Below, piece by piece: positions 30,260 through 44,190 of a stretch of DNA of 64,000 nt. The stretch comes from the human T2T-CHM13v2.0 reference genome, Homo sapiens, in the NCBI RefSeq assembly GCF_009914755.1, contig NC_060938.1; one strand, 5' to 3'. Within the stretch, counting starts at the first letter, position 1. Each line of letters starts with the position of its first letter. The translations under genes were made by a program, and so were the position numbers. The notes below the pieces were generated by a model, which was not told where the DNA came from, did not search any database, and worked only from the letters and a program-made list of their open reading frames with translations.

Positions 30260-30600
30260 TGTCTTAGTCCATCTAGGCTGCTGTAATAAAATACCATAAA
30301 GTTGGTAGCTTTTAACAATGGAAACTTATGTCTCACATCTCTGGAGACTGCCAAGTCTAAGATCAAGGCACCAGCAGATTTGGTGTCTGGTGAGGGTCCA
30401 CTTTCTGGTTCATTGTGCCTTCTCACTGTGCCCTCACATGGTGGAAGTGGGGAAGGAGCAGGGTGTTAATGCGATTCACAGGACTCTGCCGTATGACCTT
30501 ATCACTTCCCAAAGGCCCCACTTCCCCAATACCATCACCTAGAGGTTTAGTATTTCAACATACAAATTTTGGGGAGATATTAACCTTCAGTCCACTGTAG
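30260..30600 (-). mobile_element. MLT1A-like solo LTR
   Basis: tgtcttagtccat...aagatcaaggcaccagcagatttggtgtctggtgaggg...aaggccccac. Confidence 0.8.
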
Positions 30601-30730
30601 GAGCATAAGAAATTAAGTGCAACAGCTGGTTCAGTTAGGCCATATGTATTATGTCAGCAAAAAAGGGCCAGAAGCCAACAGTTCTGATACAAAAGTCTAT
30701 CACTTCTACCTACAGCCCATAACTGCATAA

Positions 30731-31160
30731 TGTCAGGCCTCTGAGCCCAAGCTGAGCCATCATATCCCCTGTGACCTGCAGGTATACATCCAGATGGCTT
30801 GAAGCAACTGAAGAACCACAAAAGATAACATTCCACCATTGTGATATGTTCCTGCCCCACCCTAACTGATCAACTGACCTTATGACAATACACCCTCCCT
30901 GCCCTTGTGATAATGCACTTTGTGATATTCCCCTGCTCTTAACAAGGTACTTTATAATATTCTCCCTGCCCTTGAGAATGTACTTTGTGAGATCCACCCC
31001 TGGCCCACCTATCCCAAACCTATAAGAACTAATGATAATCCCACCACAATTTGCTGACTCCTTTTTCAGACTCAGCCAACCTGCACCCAGGTGAAATAAA
31101 CAGCCTTGTTGCTCACACAAAGCCTGTTGGTGGACTCTCTTCAAATGGACGTGCATGACA
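30731..31160 (+). mobile_element. HERV-H 5' LTR (LTR7 family)
   Basis: TGTCAGGCCTCTGAGCCCAAG...GAAATAAACAGCC...CATGACA. Confidence 0.95.
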
Positions 31161-31162
31161 TT

Positions 31163-31181
31163 TGGTGCCGAAGACCCGGGA
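31163..31181 (+). other. Primer-binding site, tRNA-Phe type
   Basis: TGGTGCCGAAGACCCGGGA versus tRNA-Phe complement TGGTGCCGAAACCCGGGA; the His-type site would be TGGTGCCGTGACTCGGAT. Confidence 0.8.
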
Positions 31182-31665
31182 CAGGGGGACTCCTTTGGGA
31201 GACCAGCCCCCTGTCCTTGCCCTCACTCCGTGAGGAGATCCACCTATGACCTCAGGTCCTCAGACCAACCAGCCCAAGGAACATCTCACCAATTTTAAAT
31301 CGGGTAAGCAGTCTTTTCACTCTCTTCTCCAACCTCTCTCGCTATCCCTCCACCCTTCAATCTCTCCCTTCCTTAATTTTGGTTCCTTTCCCTTTCTGGT
31401 AGAGACAGAGGAGACGCGTTTTATCCGTGATCTCAAAACTCTGGTGCCGGTTACGGACTGAGGAAGACAGTCTTCCCTTGGTGTTTAATCACTGCGGGGA
31501 TGCCTGCCTGATTATTCACCCACATTTCAGAGGTGTCTGATCACCGTGGGGATGCCTGCCTTGAACCTTCACGTTGGTGGCAAGTACCACCTTCCCTGGG
31601 AGGCAAGCACCACCCTCCCGCCCATGTCTCTACCCTCTCTTTTCTCTGGGCTTGCCTCTTTCACT

Positions 31666-32860
31666 ATGGGCAATCTTTCAACCTCCATTCCTCCTTCTTC
31701 TCCCTTAGCCTGTGCAAGAACTTAAAACCTCTTCAATTCTTGCCTGACCTAAAAACCTAAGCATCTTATTTTCTTCTGCAACACTGCTTGGCCCCAAAAC
31801 AAACTTGATAATGGCTCTAAATGGCCAGAAAACGGCACTTTTGATTTCTCCATCCTACAAGATCTAGATAATTACTGTCGTAAAAATGGGCAAATGGTCT
31901 GAGGTGCCCGACGTCCAGGCATTCTTTTACACATCGGTCCCTCCCTAGTCTCTGCTCGCAATGCGACTCGTCGCAAATCTTTCTTCTTTCTCTCCTGTCT
32001 GTTCCTTCAGTTTCCACCCCAAGCTCTGAGTCCTTTGAATCCTCCTCTTCTACGGACCCATCTGACCTCTCCCCTCCTCCCCAGGCTGCTCCTCGCCAGG
32101 CTGAGCCAGGTCCCAATTCTTCCTTGGCCTCTGCTCCCCCACCCTATAATCTTTCTATCACCTCCCCTCCTCACACCCGGTCTAGATTACAGTTTTGTTC
32201 CATGACTAGCCCTCCCCTACCTGCCCAACAATTTCCTCTCAAAGAAGTGGCTGGTGCTAAAGGCATAATCAAGGTTAATATTCCTTTTTCTCTATCAGAC
32301 CTTCAGACCTTCCCCAAATCAGTTAGCATTTGGACTTTTTCATCAAATATGAAAACCCAGCCCAGTTCATGGCCCATTTGTTAACAACCCTTAGACGTTT
32401 TACCACCCTAGACCCAGAGGGGCCAGAAGTCCGTCTTATTCTCAACATACATTTTATTACCCAATCTGCTCCCAACGCACATCAGGACTTAATTAACCTC
32501 GCCTTCAAAGTGTACAATAATAGAGAAGAGTTGCAATTACTTGCCTCCGCTGTGAGACAAACCCCAGCCACATCTCCAGCACACAAGAACTTCAAAACGC
32601 CTGAACTGCAGCAGCCAGGCATTCCTCCAGGACCTCCTCCCCCAGGATCTTGCTTCAAGTGCCGAAAATGTGGCCACTGGGCCAAGGAATGCCCGCAGCC
32701 CGGGATTCCTCGTAAGCTGTTGTCCCATCTGTGTGGGGCCCCACTGGAAATCGGACTGTCCAACTTGCCCGGCAGCCACTCCCAGAGCCCTGGAACTCTG
32801 GCCCAAGGCTCTCTGACTCCTTTCCAGATCTTCTTAGCTTAGTGGCTGAAATCTGACGCT
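31666..32860 (+). pseudogene. HERV-H gag remnant
   Basis: atgggcaatc start-like site; QQFPLKEVAGAKG, HFITQSAP, DLINLAFKVYNNRE and zinc knuckles; many frameshifts. Confidence 0.8.
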
Positions 32861-35800
32861 GCCTGATCTCCTCAAAAGCCTCTTGGACCATCACAGACAC
32901 TTTGGGTAACTCTTACAGTGGAGGGTAAGTTCATCCCCTTCTTAATCAATACAGAGGCTACCCACTCCCCATTACCTTCTTTTCAACGGCCTGTTTCCCT
33001 TGTCTCCATAACTGTTGTGGGTATTGATGGCCAGGCTTCTAAACCTCTTAAAACTCCCCAACTCTGGTGCCAGCTTGGACAACATTCCTTTATGCACTCC
33101 TTTTTTAGTTACCCTCACCTGCCCAGTTCCCTTATTAGGTCGAGGCATTTTAACTAAATTATCTGCTTCCCTGACTATTCCTGGGCTACAGCCACACCTC
33201 ACTGCTGCCCTTTTCCCCAGTTCAAAGCCTCCTTTGCATCTTCCTATTGTATCCCCCCACCTTAACCCACAAGTGATAGGACACCTTTACTCCCTCCATG
33301 GCAACCAATCACATGCCCATTACTATCCCATTAAAATCTAATCAGCCTTACCCGGCTCAACGCCAGTATGCCATCCCACAACAGGCTTTGAAGGGAATAA
33401 AGCCTGTCCAGGATCTTCGCCTTATTAATCAAATCATCCTTCCCATCCATCCTATGGTGCCAAACCCATATACTTTCCTATCCTCAATACCTTCCTCCAC
33501 AACCCATTATTCTGTTCTGGATCTCAAACATGCTTTCTTTATTATTCCTTTACACCCTTCATCCCAGCCTTTTTTTGCTTTCACTTGGACTGACCCAGAC
33601 ACCCATCAGTCTCAGCAACTTACCTGAGCTGTACTGCCGGAAGGCTTCAGGGACAGTCCCCATTACTTTAGTCAAGCCCTTTTTCATGATTTACTTTCTT
33701 TCCATCCATCTGCTTCTCAACTTATTAAGCATTTTGATAACCTTCTACTTTATAGCCCCTCCTACAAATCTTCCCAACAGGACACCCTCCTGCTCCTCCA
33801 ACATCTATTCTCAAAAGGACATCGCACATCCCCCTCCAAAGCTCAAATTTCTTCCCCAACCGTTACCTACCTCGGCATAATTCTTCATGAAAACATGCAT
33901 GCTCTCCCTGCTGATCATGTCCAGCTAATCTCCCAAACCTCAACCCCTTCTACAAAGCAAGAACTCCTTTCCTTCCTAGGCATGGTTAGGTACTTTCGCC
34001 TTTAGATACCTAGTTTTGCCATCCTGACAAAACCATTATATAAATTCACAAAGGAAACCTAGCTGACCCCATAAATCCTCAATCCTTTCCCCACTCCCCT
34101 TTCCATTCTTTAAAAAACAGCCCTAAAAGCTGCTCCCCACTAGCTCTCCCTAACTCATCCCAACCCTTTTTCATTACACACAGCCAAAGTGCAGGGCTGT
34201 GTGGTCAGGATTCTTACACAAGAGCTGGGACCGCACCTTGTGGCCTTTCTGTCCAAACAACTTGACCTTACTGTTTCAGGCTGGCCCCCACGTTATTCCT
34301 GATACCACACATGACCCCCATGACTGCATCTCTCTGATCTACCCAGCATTCACTTCATTTCCCCATATTTCCTTCTTTCCTGTTCCTCACCCTGATCACA
34401 CTTGGTTTATTGATGGTAGTTCTTCCAGGCCCAATCGCCAATCACTGGCAAAGGCAGGCTATGCTATAGTGTCTTCCCCATCTATCACTGAGTCTACCGC
34501 TCTGCCCCCCTCCACTACCTCTCAGCAAGCCGAACTCACTGTCTTAACTCAGGCCCTCACTCTTGCAAAAGAACTGTGCGTCAATATTTATGTTGACTCT
34601 AAATATGCCTTCCATATCCTGCACCACCATGCTGTTACATGGGCAGAAAGAGGTTTCCTCACTACACAAGGATCCTCCATTATTAATGCCTCTTTAATAA
34701 AAACTCTTCTCAAGGCCGCTTTACTTCCAAAGGCCACTTTACTTCAAAAGGAAGCTGGAATCATTCACTGCAAGGGCCATCAAAAGGCATCACATCCCAG
34801 TGCTCAGGGCAACGCTTCTGCTGATAAGGTAGCTAAAGAAGCAGCTAGCGTTCCAACTTCTGTCCCTCATGGCCAGTTTTTCTCCTTCTCACCGGTCACT
34901 CCCACCTACTCTCCCACTGAAACTTCCACCTACCAATCTTTTCCCACATAAGGCAAATGGTTCTTGGAACAAGGAAAATATCTCCTTCCAGACTCACAGG
35001 CCCATTCTATTCTGTCATCATTTCATAACCTCGTCCATGAAGGTTACAGGCTGCTAGCCCATCTCTTAGAACCTCTCATTTCCTTTCCATCATGGAAATC
35101 TATCCTCAGGGAAATCACTTCTCAGTGTTCCATCCACTATTCTACTACTCCTCAGGGATTGTTCAGGCCCCCTCCCTTCCCTATACATCAAGCTCGGGGA
35201 TTTGCCCCTGCCCAGGACTGGCAAATTGACTTTACTCACATGCCTCGAGTCAGGAAACTATAATACCTCTTGGTCTGGGTAAACACTTTCACTGGATGGG
35301 TAGAGGCCTTTCCCACACGGTCTGAGAAGGCTACCACAGTTATTTCTTCCATTCTCTCAGACATACTTCCTCGGTTTGGCCTTTCCACCTCTATACAATC
35401 TGATAACAGACCGGCCTTTATTAATCAAGTCATTCAGGCAGTCTCCCAGTCCCTGGGCATTCAATGGAAACTTCGTGCTCCTTATCGCCCTCAATCCTCA
35501 GGAAAGGTAGAAAGAACTAATGGTCTTTTAAAGACACACCTCACCAAACTCAGCCTCCAACTTAAAAAGGACTGGACAGTACTTTTACCACTTGCCCTTC
35601 TCAGAATTCGGGCCTGTCCTCGGGATGCTACAGGGTACAGCCCATTTGAGCTCCTGTATGGACGCTCTTTTTCATTAGGCCCCAGTCTCATTCCAGACAC
35701 CAGCCCTCTAGGTGACTATCTTCCAGTCCTCCAGCAAGCTACACAGGAAATTTGCCAAGCTGCTAATCTTCTCTTGCCTACTCCAGATTCCCAGTCATAT

Positions 35801-36030
35801 GAAGACACCCTAGCTGGATGATCAGTTCTTGTTAAGAATCTGACCCCTCAAATTCTACAACCTCGATGGACCAGACCCTACTTAGTCATCTATAGTACCC
35901 CAACTGCCGTCCGCCTACAGGACCCTCCCCATTGGGTTCACCATTCCAGAATAAAGCTGTGTCCATCGGACAGCCAGCCTGAAGTCTCAAGTACTCTCCC
36001 CTACTTCCCTTAAACTCACTTGCATTTCTG
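32860..36030 (+). pseudogene. HERV-H pro-pol remnant
   Basis: Protease FLINTEAT (catalytic DTG lost), RT, RNase H and IN motifs broken by stops, frameshifts and deletions; in-frame 18-nt duplication at 34712-34747. Confidence 0.9.
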
Positions 36031-36049
36031 AATAACAGTAATAAACCTT

Positions 36050-36920
36050 ATGAGCCTAATACATCCCTTCATTCTATTAGGTCTATTCGTCCTTACCCTA
36101 CTTTTTGCAACAGGGCTTTACGCAGTCACTCCCACTACTTGGACTGTGCCCCAAAACCTTGTCATCCCTCCTATCTTCTGTCTAGCCATACTCCTATTCA
36201 CCATTCTCAACTACTCGTAAATACCCTGCCCTTGTTTACATTGCTGGTTTACACTTTTCCTCCAAACCATCATAGCGGATATCTCCTGGTACTATCCCCA
36301 ATCAGCCACTCTTGACTCCCTCTTGGAGTGAACAGATGATCTTTGCTGACAGGGCACACTCCAATACTTTCGCCCTGACGAAGTCCTATTCTTTACTTTT
36401 ATACTCACTCTTATTTTCATTCTCGTCTTATGCCACCCTCTACCTCTCCCCGGCTATCTCCACCACACTATCAATCTCACTCACTCTCTCCTAGCCATTT
36501 CTAATCCTTCCTTAACAAACAGTTACTGGCTTTGCATTTCTCTTTCCTCCAGAACCACCGAGGCCTCGACCTTACTCACTGCTAAAAAAAAAAAAAAAAG
36601 AGCAGACTCTATATTTTTAAATGAAGAGTGTTGTTTTTACCTAAATCAATCTGGCCTGGTATATGACAACATAAAGAACTCAAGGCTAGAGCCCCAAAAC
36701 TCCCCAACCAAATAATTATGCTGAACCCCCTTGGGCACTCTCTAATTGGATGTCCTGGGTACTCCCAGTTCTTAGTCCTTTAATACCTGTTTTCCTCTTC
36801 CTTTTATTCAGACCTTGTATCTTCCATTTAGTTTCTCAATTCATACAAAACTGCATCCAGGCCATCACCAATCATTCTATATAACAAATGTTCCTTCTAA
36901 TAACCCCACAATATCACCCC
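36050..36920 (+). pseudogene. HERV-H env remnant
   Basis: TM relic ctccagaaccaccgaggcctcgac (LQNHRGLD) and aatgaagagtgttgtttttacctaaatcaatctggc (NEECCFYLNQSG). Confidence 0.75.
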
Positions 36921-37108
36921 TTACCCCAAAAGCTTTCTTCAGTTTAATCTCTCCCACTATAGGTTCCCACGCTGCCCCTAATTCCGCTCGAAGCAGCCCT
37001 GAGAAACATTGCCCATGATCTCTCCATACCACCCCCAAAAATTTTTGCCACCCCAACACTTCACCACCATTTTGTTTTGTTTTTCTTATTAATATAAAAA
37101 GACAGGAA

Positions 37109-37538
37109 TGTCAGGCCTCTGAGCCCAAGCTAAGCCATCATATCCCCTGTGACCTGCAGGTATACATCCAGATGGCCTGAAGCAACTGAAGAACCACAAA
37201 AGATGACATTCCTCCATTGTGATCTTTTCCTGCCCCACCCTAACTGATCAATTGACCTTATGACAATACACCCTCCCCACCCTTGTGATAATGCACTTTG
37301 TGATATTCCCCTGCCCTTAAGAAGGTACTTTGTAATATTCTCTACGCCCTTGAGAATGCACTTGGTGAGATCCACCCGCTGCCTGCCTATCCCAAACCTA
37401 TAAGAACTAATGATAATCCCACCACCCTTTGCTGACTCCATTTTCAGACTCAGCCCAACTGCACCCAGGTGAAATAAACAGCCTTGTTGCTCACACAAAG
37501 CCTGCTGGCAGACTCTCTTCACATGGACGCGTGTGACA
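37109..37538 (+). mobile_element. HERV-H 3' LTR (LTR7 family)
   Basis: Direct repeat of the 5' LTR, roughly 8% different by manual count. Confidence 0.95.
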
Positions 37539-37883
37539 CACAACACATCTCAATTCTACTCTGTGTGGCAGCCGCATGATCTGTATTAGCTCACTAAAGA
37601 GTTGTCCATTTTAACATTCCTGAACAGGAAGGCACATAGGATATGTAAGCACTGGGTTGTGCCTAATAGAGAAATACAGACGGTCAAGAATGAAGAGAGT
37701 AAATCAGTTAAACTGGAAGAACAGACTTCTACTTCCAGCAATGACAGAATAACACATAATGGATTTAATATCTCACCTTAAATAACTAGAAAATCAGACA
37801 AAATATATGTAACAATGATTTTCAGATATTGTACAAAAGACAGAAGAGGACAGTGATCACTGAAAGAATTCCTACCACTGTAA

Positions 37884-38312
37884 TGTCAGGCCTCTGAGCC
37901 CAAGCTAAGCCATCATATCTCCTGTGACCTGCACGTATACATCCAGATTACCTGAAGCAACTGAAGATCCACAAAAGTGAAAATAGCCTTAACTGATGAC
38001 ATTCCACCATTGTAATTTGTTTCTGCCCCACCCTAACTGATCAATGTGCTTTGTAATTTCCCCCACCCTTAAGAAGGTTCTTTGTAATCTCCCCACCCTT
38101 GAGAATGTACTTTATGAGATCCACCCCCTGCCCGCAAAACATTGCTCCTACCTCCACCACCTATCCCAAAACCTGTAAGAACTAATGATAATCCACCACC
38201 CTTTGCTGACTCTCTTTTCGGACTCAGCCCGCCTGCACCCAGGTGAAATAAACAGCCTTGTTGCTCACACAAAACCTGTTTTGGTGGTCTCTTCACACGG
38301 ACGCATGAGACA
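37884..38312 (+). mobile_element. Solo LTR7 (LTR7B-like), distinct from the provirus LTRs
   Basis: Same 5' terminus but carries gtgaaaatagccttaactgatg and gcaaaacattgctcc blocks absent from the provirus LTRs; no PBS or internal sequence follows. Confidence 0.9.
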
Positions 38313-39258
38313 GTACAAGCTTAGTGCCAGAGTTTCCAGGCAATAGCACAGGGAAAGTTAATCCAAACAAAGCCTAGCACTCTAATTGAGTTTTGAAACA
38401 GCTAAGAGTTCAGGAACGCCAAGACCTAGAATTTGTGAGGCACAATGTAGTACAGGGCATTTTGGCACTGTAGAAAGACAGTGCCAAAGATCTCTAGAAG
38501 AGTTCCCTTTATTCTTTAGCTGAGTACTGGCTTATGCACATAAAGGAGAAAACTACCTGAAGCCAGGGAAAAGAACCACTGGAAAGGAGCAGGTGGAACA
38601 ATCTCCAGAGCTCATATAAGGCAATAAATAGTTCATGTTCCAATCAGCAGTCAGAATATAAAGACCTAATCCAAGAGGCAGTGAGCAATGTCCTCAGAAA
38701 GGTAATGCCTCAGTAGTGGAGATAAATTATCCCATTAAATGCTGCTGTGACTACCCTAACAAAGCTCAAAAGAAAGCCTTGGTAGAACAAATTAATTTGA
38801 AGTATCTTAACTGTCCATTAGAATAAAACCCAAAAGTACTAAAGGAATCCTACATAATCCAAAAACATATAAAGCATATGCCTAACAGGTATCCAAAGAA
38901 GCATGAAAATTCAACACATACCCAGGAGAAAAGTCCGTCAATAAAAACATCCGGAAACAACATGGATGGGAAAACTGGCAGAAAAAGATGTTAAAACAAC
39001 CATTCCTCACTCCCTAGATTCAAGAAGGTGGAGGAAAATACAAACATGATGAGGAAGAAAACAGAAGATACAAAAAAATACCTAAAATGAACTTCTAGAG
39101 ATGAAAAATACAATATAAAAAATAAAACATGTAACAAATGAGATCAATAGTAAATTAGAAATTACAGAAGAAAAGATCAGTGAAATTCTTCAAAGTCATA
39201 ATATAGCAACAGGACATATTCATTCAAGAAAACAGCAATAGAAACATAATAGAAACTA

Positions 39259-39666
<408 letters not shown>

Positions 39667-40074
39667 TCAAAGCATACTGACTTACATGTAGTAGGAATCC
39701 AAGATAAGGGGTAGGATGAACAGAAAAATAAATTTGGAGAATAGCCAAATTTGATGAAAGTGATAAACCCGCAGTTCCCAGAATCTCAACAAATCCCATG
39801 CAGATGAATTATGAAGAAAATCACAGGAAGACACATCATAATCAAATTGCTGCAAGTCATCAATAAAGTCAGGGGGTTGGGGGAGGAAGCTGTCAGGGAA
39901 AAAAAAGCTGAAAGTTAGAAGAACAAAGATAAAAACGATAGCAAACTTCTCATCAGAAACTATAGAAGTGAAAGACAATGAAGTGATAATTAAGTTGTGA
40001 AGGAAACAAAAATGTCCACCTAGGATTCTATATCCAGCAAAATTATCTTTCAAAACTAAGAGAAATAGAGTTTA

Positions 40075-40542
<468 letters not shown>

Positions 40543-41566
40543 CTAATAAGGTTCTTCCAGTCTACAAGTGACACAAAAATTTTTGAACCCTTCAGAGAGC
40601 TGAGGTCACAGTGCAACTAACTAATAAGAAAAATAATATGTAAGTACTTGCTTACTTAGGGGGAAGACATCAGATGCCATACAAGCCAGTAAAAAGATTT
40701 CAGCAAAAATGTTTCAACAATTTGCTAAAGGTCCAGTGTGGGCTATAGTAAGAGTATAAAACTGCTGGGGCTTCAGACACCAGAGGAAATTACACCTTGT
40801 TGCAGGTTCTTCTCCACAGATATTACCAGGAACTCATAAGAAAGACTGAGGGAAGGGCAAGAAACCTGAAAAAATATCCCCTTCATAGTGCAGGGTTGGG
40901 AGAGGGGAACAGTGGCAGGTATGGAAAGGTCTGCCTGGATCCTTACAAGGTCTTGTCTAGATCCTTACTCCCTATCTCACCTAAGGAATGAAAGCCTTAA
41001 GCTGCTGCTAGAAAAGCAACAACTAAAGAACCATAGCAGCTGGGAAAAGGTAATAGGAGAGAAAAAAAAAAAAAACCACACCCACACCCACAACCACACA
41101 GGCAAACTATCAGAGGCAGGAAATTGTCCTGGGCCTAGAACATTCATGGCTGGGGTCCGGCAGAATTGCTGAGAAGGCTCCACTTGTGAGACCCAGAGAC
41201 ACTGTGCCTAAGAATAAGGCAGAACCAGAACAACAGAGAATGTCCCTTCCCCACTCTCGCCCACACCATCATCACCAAGTTAGGGAGTAAGTTTCATCTA
41301 TTTCTGGGGGAGAGTAAAAGCATGAAGAACCTTCTTGAGATAAAGGTGGAAAGGGAAAACCTGAAGCTAAGAATAAAGCAGACCTGAAGAAAAATCCTTG
41401 GCGAACCAGCCCTCTACTCGAAATGCAAGGCAATGCTATGGGAATTTGAAGCCTGTGGTGCACTGATAGTAAGTACAGCAATAATGAAACCCAAACACAG
41501 ATCAACTCCCAACTAGGTTGCTCAATCCCCCACACTAAACGTCTAGCGAAATACAAGGTGTGCCTT

Positions 41567-41695
41567 GAGAATTACTTGAACCTGGGAGGCAGAAGTTGCA
41601 GTGAGCTGAGATCATGCCACTGCACTCCAGCCTCAGCAACAGAGTGAGACCCTGTCTCAAAACAAAAACAAAAACAAAAACAAAAAAACAAAAAA
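41567..41695 (+). mobile_element. 5'-truncated Alu (part of right arm)
   Basis: Starts gagaattacttgaacc; TSD acaagg(t/c)gtgcct. Confidence 0.88.
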
Positions 41696-42222
41696 CAAGG
41701 CGTGCCTATTTCTAGGCATAAATACTCTACTGCCCACCACAAGATGTCCAACTTTAAATTAAATTATAAGACATACAAAGAAGATGGGAAAAACCAACAC
41801 ACTGCCAAGAGACCACAAAAAAAAAAAAAAAATCAACAGACCCAAACCAGAAATGCCCACAGATGCTGGAACTATTAGAAAACTTAAAATAATTATGATT
41901 AATATACTAAAGGCTCTAGTGGAAAAGGTAAGCAACATGTATAATTAGATGAGAAATTTCAGCATGGAAATAGAAACTACAAGTCAAATAGAAATGCCAG
42001 AAACTAGAAAAATGGTAAGATAGATAAAGAATACCTTTGATCAACACAGCTGAGGAAAGAATCAGTAAACTTGAAAATAAGTTAATAAAAATTATGCAAA
42101 TAGAAATACAAAGAAAAAAAAGAGTGGGGGAAAAATTCAACAGAATAGAGCATCCATGAGCTGGGGAACTATATCAAATGATCTAACATACATACGTAAT
42201 TGAAATTCAAAAAGCTTAGAAA

Positions 42223-42767
<545 letters not shown>

Positions 42768-43949
42768 TCAGAATGAATTTTAAAAAGCAAGACCCAACAG
42801 ATAGGTAAAGACACATACAGGTTTAAAAGTAAAAGGACAGGAAAAGATACAAATTGCAAATACTAATCAAAAGGAATCTAGAGTGGCTATATTAGTATCA
42901 AATAAAGTAGACTTCAACAAAAGAAACATTACCAGAGATAAAGGGGGATATTTCAAAGTGATAAAGGCAGTATTTCATCGAAGGATGTAATAATCCTAAA
43001 TGTATACACATCTAAAAACAGAGCTTCAAAATACATGAAGCAAAAACCAATATAACTTTATCCAGGCTAACTATATCCACAATTATAGTGGAGACTTTAT
43101 CCTTCTCCTCACTGACAAAATAATACAGATCAATAAGATACAGAAGTTTTAAATTAGAAGGACAGAGTGGCAATACATAGGTAGAAAGAACAAAAGAGAT
43201 TAAATAAAACTACCAATTTGCCAGAAGAAGGTTAACTCCCCTAGAATCTCTTGAAATGCATCCTTGGATTGACTGAACTGGTAATTCTCAGAGTGTAAGT
43301 GAAAACGAGTGAAGATGAGGCAGCTTCTGGCCATTTAGACTAGGGGGTTTATGAACTAACAGAATTACCAAAGTAAGGTCTTCGAACCCCTTGTAAACAG
43401 AATTTCTTCTATTAAAGAGGAAGATTGTCTGGACCTAGCTCAGATCTCTTGTACCAAATCTCCAGGGATAAGATCTGAGAATCTGTATTTTAACAATCTT
43501 CCCAGTAACTGTTACACTCAATTAAATCTGCAAACTACTGGTCACACAAAAGTGTTAGAAATTAACAACACAGGTTGCCATTCTGCAGACTACAGAATCC
43601 AACAGAGGCAATCAGAAGCTGAAGAGTATTCCGTTGTCTTCATCTTAGCTAGAAAGTTCTACATTTTCTTCAAACTCAGAGTTCAAAGAAGGAATTAAGG
43701 TGAAGTGTGAAACTTCACTGTGACTCCCAGAACTCTTGGAGTGATTAAGTAGTTTTAAGACGAGTACATGAAAATATATATAGTACATGTGTGTATGTAC
43801 GTGTATATATGGTTATCAAGTATAGGCTGAAGTAATTTTGATAGAGTCAAAGCTTTCCACCCTTCCCCCCAACCCCAAATACAACAGGTTTACCACGTAT
43901 TTTTTTTTAATTCCCAGAAGATAGGCTTCTATTTAAAGAGCAAATATAC

Positions 43950-44190
43950 CAGCCTGGCTTAGCTAACACTTATTGACCTAGGTACTGTGCTAAGCATTCT
44001 GCATATATGTACTTCAATTAAATCTAAATAATAATAATCACCTGATGATAACTCTTGGAAGCAGGAATGATCCCCATTTACAAAGGAGAAATAAATTAGG
44101 CCACAGAGATTATAACTTGCCCAAAGGCATATAACTATGGTAAATCAAGGATTCAAACTAAGGGAATTTGACAACAAAGATCTGTGTATC
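43950..44190 (-). mobile_element. MIR
   Basis: ctaggtactgtgctaagc...ccccatttacaaaggagaa...aacttgcccaaagg. Confidence 0.7.

Larger units (their letters stand above)
30731..37538 (+). mobile_element. HERV-H provirus (6.8 kb, defective gag-pro-pol, deleted env)
   Basis: Two 430-bp LTRs, TSD cataa/cacaa, PBS after 31160, PPT 37096-37108. Two Gag zinc knuckles (CFKCRKCGHWAKEC, CPICVGPHWKSDC), RT (VQDLRLIN, VLDLKHAFF), RNase H (WFIDGSS, YVDSKYAF), integrase (WQIDFTHM, SSGKVERTNG). Confidence 0.96.

Noticed and set aside
33617-33626. Perfect CAG|GTAAGT donor on the DDHD1 strand inside HERV-H pol
   Set aside because: No convincing pyrimidine tract and AG upstream on that (purine-rich) strand to define an exon.
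34199-35821. 250-aa RNase H and 183-aa integrase ORFs as domesticated genes
   Set aside because: Non-ATG starts, in-frame stops between them, and lengths typical of decayed HERV-H.
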